A stretch of 64,000 nucleotides of DNA, taken from Camelus dromedarius (taxonomy: Eukaryota). Positions 35,151 through 47,954 of the stretch are shown here, one piece after another. Position numbers and translations under genes: made by a program. The notes beneath the pieces are model-generated. The model saw only the letters and a list, made by a program, of their open reading frames with translations, was not told where the DNA came from and did no database searches. The stretch spans positions 19,468,001 to 19,532,000 of the forward strand of contig NC_087461.1 in assembly GCF_036321535.1 (NCBI RefSeq), read 5' to 3'. Position 1 is the stretch's first letter, and the number at the start of each line of letters is the position of its first letter.

Positions 35151-35399
35151 ATGAGTTTCCTCTTGCGGGTCTTTACAGTGATAAACACACCACACACCCT
35201 TTTCCATACCACTTGTGGAGGAATGCTAGTGTCTGGGGAGGGCCACCGCCTGCAGGAGGGGCTGCTTGCAACGGGGCCTCCCCTCAGCCCTGCTCCCAGG
35301 GTGCCAGGGAATGCTGGCTGTGGTCTCCACGTTCTCTGTGGAGCTGCTGAAGCCAGCAGAGATGCAGTCTGCACCCATTCCCAGAAGCTGTCTGTGGGG

Positions 35400-36195
35400 A
35401 ATCCATCAGGAGATATTTCATCAAAAATACAAATAGCCAATAATTACTTGAAAAGATGCTTAACGCTTACTAGGAAAGGCAGATTAAAACCAGTGAGATA
35501 CCACTTCACGCCCACTGAAGGCTGTAACCAAAAAGACGAAAAATAATGAAGTCAGAGGACTCAAATTCCACGCTTTCAAGACTACACTGTAAAGCATGGT
35601 ACCCAGGGGTGTGCAGAAACTGCAATTCTCACACATTGTCATGGGAATATAAAATAGTGAAACCACAGTTTAGCATGTCCTTAAAAATTAAACAAATCTA
35701 CCACATGGCCAAAAAGTTCCTCTCCTGGGTATCTACCAAAGAGAAGGGAAAACGTATGTCCGTAAAGGCTAGAGGCTTGAAATTTTAATAACAGCCTTCA
35801 TTTAAAAAAAAAAAAAAAAAAAAAGGAAACAATCCAAATATCCACCAGCTGGTGAAGGGGTTTGTCATACCCACACAGTGGGATTCAGCTACAGCATGGA
35901 TGGACTTCAGAAGCACTGTGCCACTTGAAGCACGTATATGATTGAATCGCATGGTGCCGTTGAGGGAAATGTTCAGAAAAGGCAGATCCGTAGAGATGGA
36001 GAGCAGGCCGGCTGACTGGCCAGAGCTGAACGCGGGGCTGACTGCAGGGAATCGAGGCGCACCTTAGGGGGATGGAGTGTTTCACAGCTGCATTGCAGTG
36101 GCTGTGGGGACCAAGTTCTTTCAGTTCTCTACTGAAAATAGGCAGGTTTATGTTACGCAGATTACATCTAAGTAAAAGAACTTTTAAAAAGAAAA
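35400..36195 (+). mobile_element. Old L1 (L1MC/ME-like) 3' region
   Basis: aaaaccagtgagataccacttcac, acattgtcatgggaatataaaatagtg, ccaaatatccaccagctggtgaa, ttcagctacagcatggatggac; interrupted by an A run near 35805-35824. Confidence 0.75.
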
Positions 36196-36474
36196 CACCT
36201 TTCCTTGGAGTAGCTGGAGTGCCTGGTGCCAACACGAGCCTGCCAGTTCAGGGGGCCGACCCACGTGACCCTCAGGGTGACGTGCCATCATGAGTCGTAC
36301 GACTGCCTTGCTCAGGGTGCCCAAGCTGTGGTAGTACCTGTTTTTGTATGTTTTATCAGGCTAACACTCTGAAATCACTGAATTGTTACAAATATGCAAA
36401 TTTATGTTAGTTATCAAAATGTCTTTTTTTCTCTGTCTCCTGGTCAACCGTGTTTTATTTCTCTTTTTCCATCT

Positions 36475-36910
36475 AGACTTTATTCCTCAGAACAGTGCAG
36501 AGAGCCCAGAAATAGACCCATGTGTGAATAGTCAACTGGTCTTTATAGAAGCTCAAAGGCAGTACAGTGGAACAAAGATGATCTTGTCAACACGCGTTGC
36601 TGGAACAACTGAACATCCACATGCAAAAAAATGAATCTAGACACAGATGTTACAGCCTTCACAAATGTCAACTCAGAATGGACCATAGACCTGAATGTGA
36701 AGCATGAAGCTATGCAGCTCCTGGAAGGTCACCTAGGAGAGGTCTCAGCGAGCTTGGGCTCAGCAGTGCCCTTTTAGACACTACACCAAAGGCATGGCCC
36801 ACGGAAGAAGGAGCTGGCAGGCCGGACGTCGCTAAAATGACACATTTCTGCGCAAGACCCTGTTGAGAGAACAGAAAGGCAGGCCACAGCCTGGAGAAAG
36901 CGTTTCCAAA
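36475..36910 (+). mobile_element. L1 ORF2 fragment
   Basis: cagagagcccagaaatagaccca, catccacatgcaaaaaaatgaatctagac, aactcagaatggaccatagacctgaatgtgaag. Confidence 0.85.
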
Positions 36911-39900
36911 GCGCTCTTTAAATTATTTTACTGCTTTTGAAGTTAAGAGCTAAATTAGGATAGCTCAGGTTCCAGAAAGTCACAGGAGATACTCTTCACT
37001 GTGTACAGCCTGCGGTTAAGTGGGGGGATGTTCATTGCCAAGAGATCAATATTGGTTAATATAGGAAACAACTAGTCAACTTCTGTTGGATTAAGCCAAA
37101 AACGGGCAAGTAGAAAACTGATGAATCAGATTTTCTGTTTGTCCTCAATTATCAGGATTTAATGATTTTTTTAATGTTGACTTCCATCCTCCTTAGGAGC
37201 ATGAGGAAGGAGGTGAAACTGTGTCTGATTTTCACTGGTGTGCTTCTGTTCTCCAGCCGTGAGCTCCACGCTGTGGACCCTGCCCTTTCATGTGCTAACG
37301 GTCTGATCAAGGACGTCATTTATCCTGATGTATATTCTTGAGAAAGCTGGTAGTCGGTGATTTGTATTTCACTTTCTTTGTTTTGCACATCCTTATGATA
37401 GTATTTACAAAGTAAAATGCTGGGAATAATATGGAAGTGATAGGTAGTCATAATGAAGAAGACTCTTAGCACTGTTGATTCCCTAAGATACGGGGCTCCA
37501 ATGTCATTAACTGGATTTGGTCCCAGCCTGAAACTGTAAAAGTCCTGGATGACAGAGTAGCTCTGTAAATTGGCACTGCAACAAAAGTCATGCAGGGAAA
37601 TGCAATTCAGGTGTTATTGTTAACCCTGATTCGTGAACGGGTTGAGTAACACTTGGTGCTAACAGAAAACCGTGCCCCAACACTTCCCAGCGGTAAAAGG
37701 CATGTTTCCTGGTGGATAATTATGATTTATATGTCGTGTGATGCTCAGGTTTGTTAGATCTTGGGCTGTTACCTGGTGTTACGATCCCATTTTTGACTCA
37801 GAATGTTCTTTTAATAACCATTCCGCAGAGGTAAATTTTCCATTATTTTTATTTCTTCTTGCTTAATGCTGCCTTTAGGCTTCTGATTGCAGTTTGCTCT
37901 AACTCAGGGTCATGCAGATGTGGTGTGCAGACTGATTCCTGAGGACCGTGCTGCCAAGGGCAGAGGGCCGGGCTGCCCCTGTGGAGCAAAGCAGAGCACA
38001 GCCTCCGAGGAGCCGTCCTCATGGGGACACCACTGCTTGTGCCAGTGTTCTTGAGGCAGGGGTCTTAGTGACTGAAGGGAGAGTGCTGGGTCCCTCTTAG
38101 CTCTCATGGCCCCTGGAAAAAGATGTGTCCCGACATGGCCCGCAGGACCTCTGCATGAGGGGCAGCCCTGGGTGCACTGTCGGGGCTGAGGGATGTCGGT
38201 TTGTCTTCAGGGCCCGAGATACGTTCTTGGAAAGTTGAGAGCAGCGTGGTGGTGTTCAGCTGGCTTTCTCAATTAGATGGCAACTCTGATTTTAAAGCCC
38301 CTCGGTGTGGAACACAAGGACTTGCGGATGAAAGTTTGTTTTCACAAGCTGCGAGGGCTAGGCTGAACGTGTATGCAAGTGTGTTTGATAGCGTGTTACT
38401 TGCAGTAAGCAGTTGTTTGACCAGAGTGTCAGTATTTTGAAACGTAGATGTATTTGTTGTAATATTATTTGCTCTCTTAAATAAGTGATCTTTAAAGGCC
38501 TAAATTAATTTCCCAAGGACAAATCTTAGAGAAAAGTTGACAGATTTTTGAGAGTTATAATTATTGGAGTAGGATCTTACTGATTTTTATGTATTGACTG
38601 TACAAATAATTTTTATGCCTTTCCATGGGGCTCCATTGGAATGTGCAGTTTTGTATATTATGTGCCTAACCAAACTTTCACATCAGCAGGATTTCTCAGG
38701 AAATGTGGAAGTCTGGGGCGTGATAGTCCCTTCTCCTGCTTACTGAGCAGTCAGTGCGTCCTCAGAGCTCTTTGAAGTGCATCTGAACTCCATTTAGACC
38801 CAGTTCTTACTCTCTTCTAGAGTTTCACTTCGTTCTTTAAATACAGGCGTCCCTGTTTTCAGATTATCAAATTTTATTACTCAGAAGGATTAAGTAAAAT
38901 CCAAAAAAATCCCCACATCCCCACTGACAGAGTTTCCACCTGATTATCCAGCATCCTTCCTAGAATAACACTTACGTTTTATCCCCACACACTGGTGGTT
39001 GGTCGTCTGATGTTTTGATATATTAAACTCCAGTAGAAGAATCTAAAGCAAATGTATGATTGAGGTTTTCCAGGACAGAAGTATGTGTGAGTGTGTGTGT
39101 GATATTCTGTGGAAGCAAGTGTCATGAGAACTGGCAGGTGGGGGGAGGGATGCCTGTGTCCTGTGCCTGCCCCACCCCTGTTAGCCTCCTTGTGTGTTTG
39201 CTCCTGTGCACTCCCTGCTTCACAGCTGTGGTCGTAGTTTGTGTGTGATTCCACATCCTGCCTTATCCTTTTAATATTAGAAATGGGAAGCTTTTAAACA
39301 TGCTTCTTGGATTTAAGTTTTGTGGAACCCGTCTTTAGAATCCAAGTTAGAACATGTCTGCCAGTAAATCCCTTTCATTAACTGAAAGGACTGCATTGTT
39401 CATAGTGCTCCAGACGGGGAGTGTAGCACCCCTGGAAAGCCAGTGTTTCCATTTGTGAACCAGAAAGGTCCTTGTGAGGTGGGGTTGGCGGGAGAGGTTT
39501 GTCGGGGTCATACCTGTTGAGGTGAAAAGGAGCAGAGGATTGGACAGGGTGCGACCAGGAGCCAGCCCCACGCAGAGCTTCTGAGCGAGGGAGTGAGGGC
39601 CACGGGTTGGGTGGGTGGGGGCCTGCTGGCCAGGCCTCAAGCCCCCACCTCACATCACAGGCTCATTCCTTCCTGAAGGGACATTTGTATGAAGGGAAAA
39701 CATGGTATTTATTCTAATGTATCCAAAGAGCATGTCAGTTACTTGTACATACAGATGTAGTCTAAGAACCTGCTTTTTGAAGTTCTTGCTTGTGATCTTC
39801 ACTTGCTCAGCTGGGATCCCCAGGGTGGTGGCAGGAACGTGGGCAGAACCTTAGAAAGCCTTCAGCTTGCAGGTGTCTGTTTGCTCTGAGCCCATTACTC

Positions 39901-40299
39901 GCTCCTCCCTTGAAGAAGCACTCTCCTTTAAGAGGAGACAGCGGTGTAAATGGGCTTCTGTTGCTCTGCCGTACCCATGGCATGTGAGTGTGCTGAGATG
40001 CCTCAACAGACTCGGTGAGCCCGTGCAGTGGATGCTCAGCAGCACAGAGTTGTTGAAGTGACGTGGCAATATCTTCTTTGACTTACTCTGACGTCCCTTC
40101 AGAAGAGAGCAGAATAATGAGCATTCCCGGTGTGTACAGCCTACACAACTTCAAGTAATGACTCAAAGGGAAGACCAGTGCGGCATGACAGCACCAGCTC
40201 TAATGGTGGACTGCCCGCTGTGGGTGGCTTTTACACCTCTGAATCTTTGTTTTCAACAGATGCCTTAAGATTCCTCAGTGATACAATGAAAGCCAATTG

Positions 40300-40960
40300 T
40301 ATTTTTAAATGGGCAAAGGACTTGATCAGAGATCCCTCCGGAGAAAACATACAGGTGGCCAATAAGCACATGTCAGGGTGCTCAGCATCATGGGTCATTC
40401 AGGGGAGTGCAAGTCAGACCCACAGTGAGGAGCCATGTCACCCCAGCTGGGACGGTGATACTCAGGAAACAGAAACTGGCAGGTTGGGGAGAATGTGGAG
40501 AGACTGTGATCTTTGTACATTGCTGGCAGGAATGTAAAATGGTGCAGTTCCTCAAAAAATTAAATGTGGAATTACCATATGATCTTTTGGGCATATANNN
40601 NNNNNNNNNNNNNNNNNNNNNNNNNNNNNNNNNNNNNNNNNNNNNNNNNNNNNNNNNNNNNNNNNNNNNNNNNNNNNNNNNNNNNNNNNNNNNNNNNNNN
40701 NNNNNNNNNNNNNNNNNNNNNNNNNNNNNNNNNNNNNNNNNNNNGCGTCATTCAGCCTTGGAGAGGAAGGACATTCTGACACAGGCTACAATGTGGAAGA
40801 ATCTTGAAGGCAATGCTAAGTGAAATGATCCAGTCAGAAGAGGACAGAGATTGTACTTCCCCTAAATATCTGGAATAGGCAAATTCAGAAACAAAGTAGA
40901 TGGGAGGTCACCAGAGATGGGTGTGGTGATGGTTAGGGATAAGTTTGTAAACACTTTTTG
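40300..40960 (+). mobile_element. L1 (L1MB-like) ORF2 end and 3' UTR; contains an N run
   Basis: aaatgggcaaaggacttg, gtggccaataagcacatg, ttgctggcaggaatgtaaaatggtgcag, ggcaatgctaagtgaaat. Confidence 0.85.
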
Positions 40961-41289
40961 AAAGAGAGACCTTAGCAGAAAAGCATGATTATTAAGAAAT
41001 TAAAAAAAAAAAAACAAAACAGAAAGACCAATTGGTTATTCAAATTACTGTTTCTCTTTCTCTTTCTGAACTTGCCCCTTATAAATTCCAGGTTTATCTG
41101 CTTTAAAAAAAATGTTCTTACACTGTGAACATCTGTCAACTTTCCTTAGATTATTTTTTTAGCAGCTTATGTAACTTGAACTGAAATGAGCATTTTTGTT
41201 CTCTCCTAAAACTGCCCATTTAGTGTCTTTATAACACTGTTTTTGGCTTTAATAGATTTCAGTAAATTGTAAAGATGTACAGAAGATTT

Positions 41290-41390
41290 AAAAATATATA
41301 CATATATTTTTAATGACGGTGCTGGGGATTGAACCCAGGACCTCGGGCACCCCAAGTAAGCACTCTACCCCTGAGCTCTACCCTCCTCCC
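41290..41390 (-). mobile_element. tRNA-derived SINE, camelid Vic-1-like
   Basis: Reverse complement GGGAGGAGGGTAGAGCTCAGGGGTAGAGTG...GAGGTCCTGGGTTCAATCCCCAGCACC with A/B boxes and an AT-rich tail; 9-bp TSD agaagattt (41281-41289 and 41391-41399). Confidence 0.85.
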
Positions 41391-41599
41391 AGAAGATTTT
41401 TGTTGACATTTTTGCTGGCTTGTTTACCTCCACAACATTTTTAAATGATGCATGCTTTGACTTGGCTGCAATAAACTTTGTGTTGTAAAGACAGAAACTG
41501 AAAGCCTTTCCTGGAGGTAGTTTTCTTTCTGCCTTGTTAGTTGCTTTGTTTTGAGTTTTGTTTTTGGACTTTGGTTTGAACAGTCCAACAGCAGTAGCA

Positions 41600-42500
41600 A
41601 TTAAAGCAGATTAATATGTGGTCCATACTTAAGCTTGTGCATCTCAAGATGTAGCTTAGTTGGCTACAAGTTGAAACCAGCAGAGTGGTCTGGGAGTGCT
41701 TCAGCCCTCCCAGGTCCCAGGGTGGTGGTCCCGGTGTAGGGGATGCAGGAAGGTGGTGTGGGGGGACAGGATGGTGTGGAGGCTGGGAGGGAGAGCGTCC
41801 TGACCGTAGCAGGACCCTGGTTTCGGCAAGGTTTGCTGGCCGGTGCTCCTTTGGAAAGACTCCTCCCACACTTTAATGGAAGATATTGCTCACAGGGCTC
41901 CCTGTTCCTGTAGATGTTGCTTTGGTGACAGTGCTGTGCGTTCATGTTGGTCTGGTGGGGAAGGCTGACAGCCAAGGTGCAATCTGGGAAGATGCAGCAC
42001 ATGTCCCAGGTTCTTCTTCACATGGACAAAATCCAGCTGGTACTCTGAATCCATGAGGAGGTCTTTCTGTGATCTCATCACGAAACTACTCTTCAACAGC
42101 AATCTTATAAGCAGAGATAGAAACTGGGACAATTTCAGGCTGCTGTCTGGGAACAAACTCAGATCAGCTGCAAGCTGCTGAGGTCTTTAACAGGAAGGTG
42201 TGTGCGTCAATCCCTGCTTAGGAAACAGCATGTGAAAAGCCCAGGTAAGGCAAAGACTGGTTGTCTGCCTTGGGCCAACAGGCTCATAGGAGGGGTTCAG
42301 GAGGTACTGCTGAGACAGTAAGTGAAAATTTCAAGGCTCGTACAGAGGGCTGTAACATGTCCATTTATACACAACACTCTTGGTGACTTTTTGTTTCTGC
42401 TAGAACTGCAATGGGACTGTAAATAGAACTCTTCACCAGGGGAAGGAGACCAGAGACATGTACAAGGAAAAGAGGAAATAAAAGGGGACTATAGCAGAGA
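41600..42500. other. Approximate inversion or rearrangement junction between + strand DIP2C intron 29 and - strand DIP2C intron 2
   Basis: The junction must lie between 35151 and 47954, the nearest opposite-strand exons. By eye, intronic T/G-rich skew on + switches to A/C-rich skew around 41.6-42.5 kb. The position is approximate. Confidence 0.45.
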
Positions 42501-43057
42501 GTAAAATACCTCATCCTGCCACCGGGCACACCCTCCAGGGACTCCACACTTCTGCAAGGGGTACCCAGCTCTCCACGCCTCGGGACACCTTCATCCCCGT
42601 GACTCCTCTCTTCCCCACCTGACACTTTGTCCTCAAGGTTAGAGGAGCCACCAGGCTTTGCGCTCAGCCTGCCCAGGCCCCTCCCCACCACCAGGGCCAT
42701 CACAACTCCAGAAGTTCAGGTTCTCTTCAGGCTGAGCAGGGCTCTGACTGATTCACATCTGCATCCTGTGGACCACAGAACAAAGCCCTGGCTCCTTCGC
42801 CTGGTCCTCAGCCTCCCTCCATCACACCCACCTTCTCCTCCAGCCCCCTTCCACCTGTGCCCCCACGTTTCAGGCAGACACAGTCACTATTCCCAGGTCT
42901 TGGCCCTATCCCATCACTATTCACTCCTCCAAATGCCTTTTCCCCTCCAGATGTGAAAACTTTGTTTAAGCTCAAGGGGGAGAAAGCAGAGAAATAAGCC
43001 ATTTTTATTAGAACTTCAAGTAATTACTTCCAACATGCTTCAGAAAGGGTCCCCCAA

Positions 43058-43099
43058 ACTAACATAATACTTGTAAATCAACTATACTTCAATAAAAAA
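43058..43099 (+). mobile_element. Minimal L1 3'-end insertion (about 42 bp)
   Basis: ttgtaaatcaactatacttcaataaaaaaa flanked by imperfect direct repeats agaaagggtcccccaa / agaaaggttccccaaa. Confidence 0.7.
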
Positions 43100-43499
43100 A
43101 GAAAGGTTCCCCAAAGAAAATTCCTAACAAGATGTTTCTGGCACCTACACAATCCATCAATTTCAGATTATTAAGTAACACAGTCATTTCATTAACGCTG
43201 TGGTAAACCAGACACTAGAAATCACAATAATCCTCCTATGTTAACCTAAGAATAAGATCCACAGGGGCTGGTCTATCACTCTGACACAATGGTGTGGTAC
43301 AAGTCAGGAGACCTGCAGTGTAGAAAACATGGATACTCAGAACGTTAAATATTCTAGAAAAAGTAAGAATATCTCAATTCAGACAGTAAGAGAAATACAT
43401 TGAAAAACCTTGGTTTTCAACATATTTTTAAAAAGAAATCATAAAGGATATGTAAAAGATACCTTGAATAAAAATGTATATAACAGTTAAAACCAAAAG

Positions 43500-43582
43500 A
43501 TCTTGGTCCAAATTCTGGTATTATTCTTACTGATTGTGGAGCTGGACAAATCACTCAGCCTCTGAGCCTCAGGTCCCGCATC
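43500..43582 (+). mobile_element. MIR SINE fragment
   Basis: gtccaaattctgg...ctggacaaatcactcagcctctgagcctcag. Confidence 0.5.
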
Positions 43583-44792
43583 TCTGGGGTGTGGGTGTGG
43601 ACATCCCAGCCACCGGGCTTTGTTCATCAGGCAACGTAAGTTTGCAGGCAATGGGAGTACATGTAGGATTGAGGCTTCAAATTTTTGCATTTTTCTCATA
43701 CACTTCCCACAAAAACCTGTATGAGCCGGTCCCAAGCAGACATCACTCCCACTGTCCGGGTGGATGCTCAGCGATCCCATGCCCAGTTCTGCCTGCTCCA
43801 GGAACAGCTCAGCTGTTCCCAGTTAACTACTGGTGTATGGGGAGGGACACCTGATTGGTTCAAGGCCACTAAAAGGAATAAGAAACTCATGCATCAAGCC
43901 AGGAGCTGTGACTGACAAAATTAAAACGACTTCTTAGACACCTGAGAGCAGCAAATTGTGTACCAAGATCATGACCATGGCTGACCTAGGGCAGCTTTGG
44001 CTGATGGAAGTGCATTTCCCATAGCAACTCAGTCTGGAAAGAATTCATGCAGTCACAGGGCACCCTGATTTAAATACTCGTATTTCTCTTCTTCTGGCAT
44101 TTAACCCTGCACCTCACAGCCCACCCATCATGAACAGATGGCACGGCATGACTCCTGACTTGAGGAAGTCCCCTGGGACCAGCTCTGTGTCCCTACCACC
44201 CCAGTCAGGATGGGCATCACACTTTTGTGCCCAGGGAAGGGAGGCTGCACTCTGGGAGATCAAAACTCCAGGGCAGGATACAAACACAAACCAAACCGTG
44301 CCCCTGGCACCAGAGAAGCAGTGTTTAATATGCAGAACCAGAGGCAACAAACCACAGCAGTGCCGGCAAGCTTCATTTTCTGAGGAATATAGAACACAAT
44401 GGCCTTGGACTCAGGTTTATGTCCTTAAATATAAAACAGTTCATCTTGTATGAGACCAAAAGTGCAAATTTCACAAGCTATACTCTACCAACTCCCCAAT
44501 AACCCTCAAACAGGAGAGTCTGCACCTGGGTTGCAGATACAGCTCTCTCCATGCGGGTCATTCCCAGGAACAGAACTACATCAGAACAGTATTTCTTCAT
44601 TTACAGCAATAAATACCAGGGTTTTCAAGCTGAACTCCCAAATTAGTAATAAAATAAATCTCAACTGACTGGAATATGCTTAGGTCCAAAATTACATTAT
44701 CCTTTAACTTTTCAGATATGGAAAAATGATCAGCACTTACATGTTACCACTGCATTTTACCAAAATCAGAAATCAAAACAAAACTGATCACA

Positions 44793-44906
44793 TTGTACAA
44801 CACATTGTACAACACAGGGAATATACAGCCAATATTTTGTAATAACTGTAAATGGAAAGTAATCTTCAAAAATTGTACAATTTTTTTTTAAATTAAAAAA
44901 AAAAAA
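44793..44906 (+). mobile_element. Short L1 3'-end insertion (cetartiodactyl-type)
   Basis: acaacacagggaatatacagccaatattttgtaataactgtaaatggaaagtaa plus A tail; tgatcaca on both sides; 12-bp local duplication cattgtacaaca at the 5' junction. Confidence 0.7.
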
Positions 44907-47900
44907 GTTGTGATCACAGATAGAAGATGCCTGAGGCAGTAAAAGGTCTGTTTGCCTGAATGCGCAAGGCAGACCTGAGCACTACGCAGCCCCTCTGCAT
45001 TTGTCCTTGGCTGGACCAGCTCTAGGAAAGATACCCCACTCTCTCAGAGTGAACATGGCACCTGGATGGACACACTGGCGTCTGCACACATGGGGCCTGT
45101 GGGAGGATGTGGGTGGGCAGGTAACTCAGGAGAGCTGCCAGATGGCCTCCCACAACAGGCACTGGCATAGGTGGCCTACACTCCAGCTGCTGGTCTGTAT
45201 GTGCAGACCATTCCCAGTTCATCCTTCAGTTAATGTCTGGGAGTTGTCACTTGCTGTGGAAAGGACACTGGGGCTCTGACTGCAGGTCAGGGTAGGGCAG
45301 AGATATCGACTATTCCACAGGTCCATACATCTACAGCTGTGCATTTCAGAAGTAGGATGCCATAAGACCAGGACAGGAGGGCCTGTCCTAACCTCAGGGG
45401 TCAGGGAAGGAATCCCTATGGAAGTGACACTTTCACTGAGCTTTAGCCAATCCATGGGTACAGGCGGAGGGGCGAGCACATGCAGAATGCCTTGTGTGCA
45501 GACAGCGTGAACATCGGATAAAGGCTGGAGGAGCCGAAGAGAGGCCAGGCTGCTGCGTGTGAGGCCCCTCTGATGCAGACAAGTCTACGCTCCCGGAGAG
45601 GCCATCTGCCATCTCCAGCCAGAGCAAATGGGGACAACAGACTCGCCCTAACCAGAAGAGGCTCCTTCTCTGAGGAGGCTGTTACCCTGGATCCCACAGC
45701 CAATTCCCAGAGAGTAGGAAGGAAACAGAGACTGCCCTCTGGTCACCATAGCCAAATTCACCAAGATTTTCACAATGACTCCATCACTGTAAATCGTTTT
45801 AACTGAGCAGAAGCCGCCTGCTGCTGGGGGAGAGCCGAGCTGGACTTGGAGAAGACTGGATCTACATAACTCCGCCCCATTCAGCAGCGTCTGATGCCAG
45901 CCACGTGGAAAGCAATGCCTAGCCAACATACACAACATCAGAAAAAGGGACTATATTTGGTCAAGGAAAGTTTTGCTATTTATGGTAAGGCTGAAATTTT
46001 ACTACCTCACCTCACCACAGCCTTGTCATGAAAGCACTGAAGACTCAATTACAGAGGCTAAAATCATTCATTAAGATAACCCTCAAGATACTGCTACTGA
46101 GTGGGTTTTATCTTCTACTTTTACAAGTGTTGTCAGGTTAAGAGATCAGTACAAGAATTTATAGCCAAAACACTGCAAGAGAACCAGCACCAAAGAATGC
46201 AGTTCTCCCGAAGAGTATTTTCTCTTTGCAGAGGACTTTCAATGTATTCTTTCTGACCCCCTCCTTCACTGAATACATCACCTTCATGTTCTGTCCAGCT
46301 CTGGCACTCTTCCTCATCCAGACTTAGGTGAGCACTCGACGCTGCGCTCCCTAAGACAGCGTATCTTTGACTGGGTTCCCCAGCCACCCACCCCTGCACA
46401 GAGAGGAAGGCCAGGAAACAGCCGGCTTCCCCACAGCCTTCCTGAGGATGGGTAATGCTTGGCATCTCCAACTCAGGGCTGAGCTTTTGCCGAAGGCTGT
46501 ACCAGGCGTCCTAATTCATAATCGTGTGTCCCAAAGAAATCCCAAAAGTTCCTTTGAAATATTTTTAAAATACTGTTTTAGAAAAATCATAGTATTTCCT
46601 CTAAATAAAAATATGAAAAAAGAAGTTCATCAAAACACAAACCCCCTTTAGAAAAATTTATGGCAGAATAAGGTGACTGAAAAGGAATCAAGAAGTTTCT
46701 CAGGAAGATCCTACACCAAAAGAATCATTTCTAAGACCGAGCTAATCCAGAAAGATCTCTCTCTGATTTAGAGCCATGGGCCCTCCTTACTGCTTCCCAG
46801 GGGCAGTTTTACGTAACGAGTGACTGTTCACCCAGGCAACTCCTCAGAAATAAAGATCAGTAATAAGAACTGCAGAACCGCCTGGGCATGTGGTCTCCCC
46901 ATCCCCAAATCACAGTTGAACCCGCCTTCTCCTTCCCATGGGGATGGAGCGGCCCTCGAGGCCCACAGAGCATAAGCAGCCCTCTTGGCCTCACACTTCA
47001 ACAGGTGCGTGAGGCTCACAGAATGGTGACGGGGACCCAGAGCTAAGGCCCAGCCCCACTGCCTGCCTGTCCGCCCTCCGTCCTACCCACAAGGACACGC
47101 ATCACATCTGTCAGCAAGCTGGCCCAGGGAGGGGAACAGAGCCACGGCTGAGAGACCAGGCCCAGGGCCCTAGTCTAAGATCCTGGGGGCTGACAGTAAC
47201 ACCAGAGCTTACCCACCACCTGTGCATGATTCTCAAGCAGTGTCTCTTATGTGAGGCAAAATCCTGAAGCTTCTACATGCTTATTTCATTACTGTACTAG
47301 AAGTTGCATTGAACGCATCTTTTTGGGCATCTTATATTCAAAATACTGCTCCCAAATAATTCTGACCTCTTAGTAGGATCATGACCTCAAAGAATACTCT
47401 TTGATTAACTGGTTCAATGTTTGTATTTCAAAAGGCCACAACTGCCCTTTGGAGAATGCCCCTAGGAACATGACGAAGGTGCAGACCTTTCTCTCTGAAG
47501 CATATCAGAGGCCAGGAGTCATTAGAGTTCATCCTTCACCTAGGTCTCTGGCTATGAGACAAAGGTTAGTGGAAGACCAGCAGTTTTTAAGAAAAACTGT
47601 ATAATTTGTTATGTATTCCTTTTTGTTAAGTGTTTTGTAAGTGGTGCTCCAACAGTGAAAAGAGGGTAGTAAAAACGGAGTATTATATTTTAATAGAAAA
47701 CACTCAGAAATGGGCCCTGAGTCAGTGGGACAATCATGATCCAGGGTCTGTGACAAGCTCTGTGACCAAGGAGCACTGTGGCCTCAGTAAGTCACATGAG
47801 CTCAAATGGAGAACAGGGGCTCAGAAATAGGATCTTCTGGGTGCCACCAAGGCTAAGCCCTACAACGCTATTTAGAATTGTGTTAGCTGGACAGTCCATT

Positions 47901-47954
47901 TCAAACGTGTGCCTGTCTTGGGGTCTCTCTCTCATCTCAGTTAAGTGCATTCAC

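Noticed and set aside
37257-37349. Exon-like segment on + (ttctccag|CCGTGAG...GCTG|gtagtc)
   Set aside because: It does not match DIP2C exon 30 or 31 and I cannot assign it a conserved frame; it may be a cryptic site.
38211-38280. gtcttcag|GGCCCGAGATACGTTC, resembling the VRDTF motif of exon 30
   Set aside because: The similarity covers about 5 codons and is followed by a stop; no homology on either side.
41290-41390. tRNA gene
   Set aside because: It has A/B boxes but no full cloverleaf, plus an AT-rich tail and a TSD, so it is a SINE.
41664-42200. Minus-strand ORFs near the inferred junction (88 and 112 aa) as a possible captured exon of another gene
   Set aside because: I recognise no protein, and the third frame has stops. 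Worth a BLASTX but not supportable as a feature.
45700-46393. Two minus-strand segments with good acceptors (about 45919 and 46394)
   Set aside because: No recognised homology and early stops in the frame continuing from exon 2. Kept only as possible cryptic acceptors.
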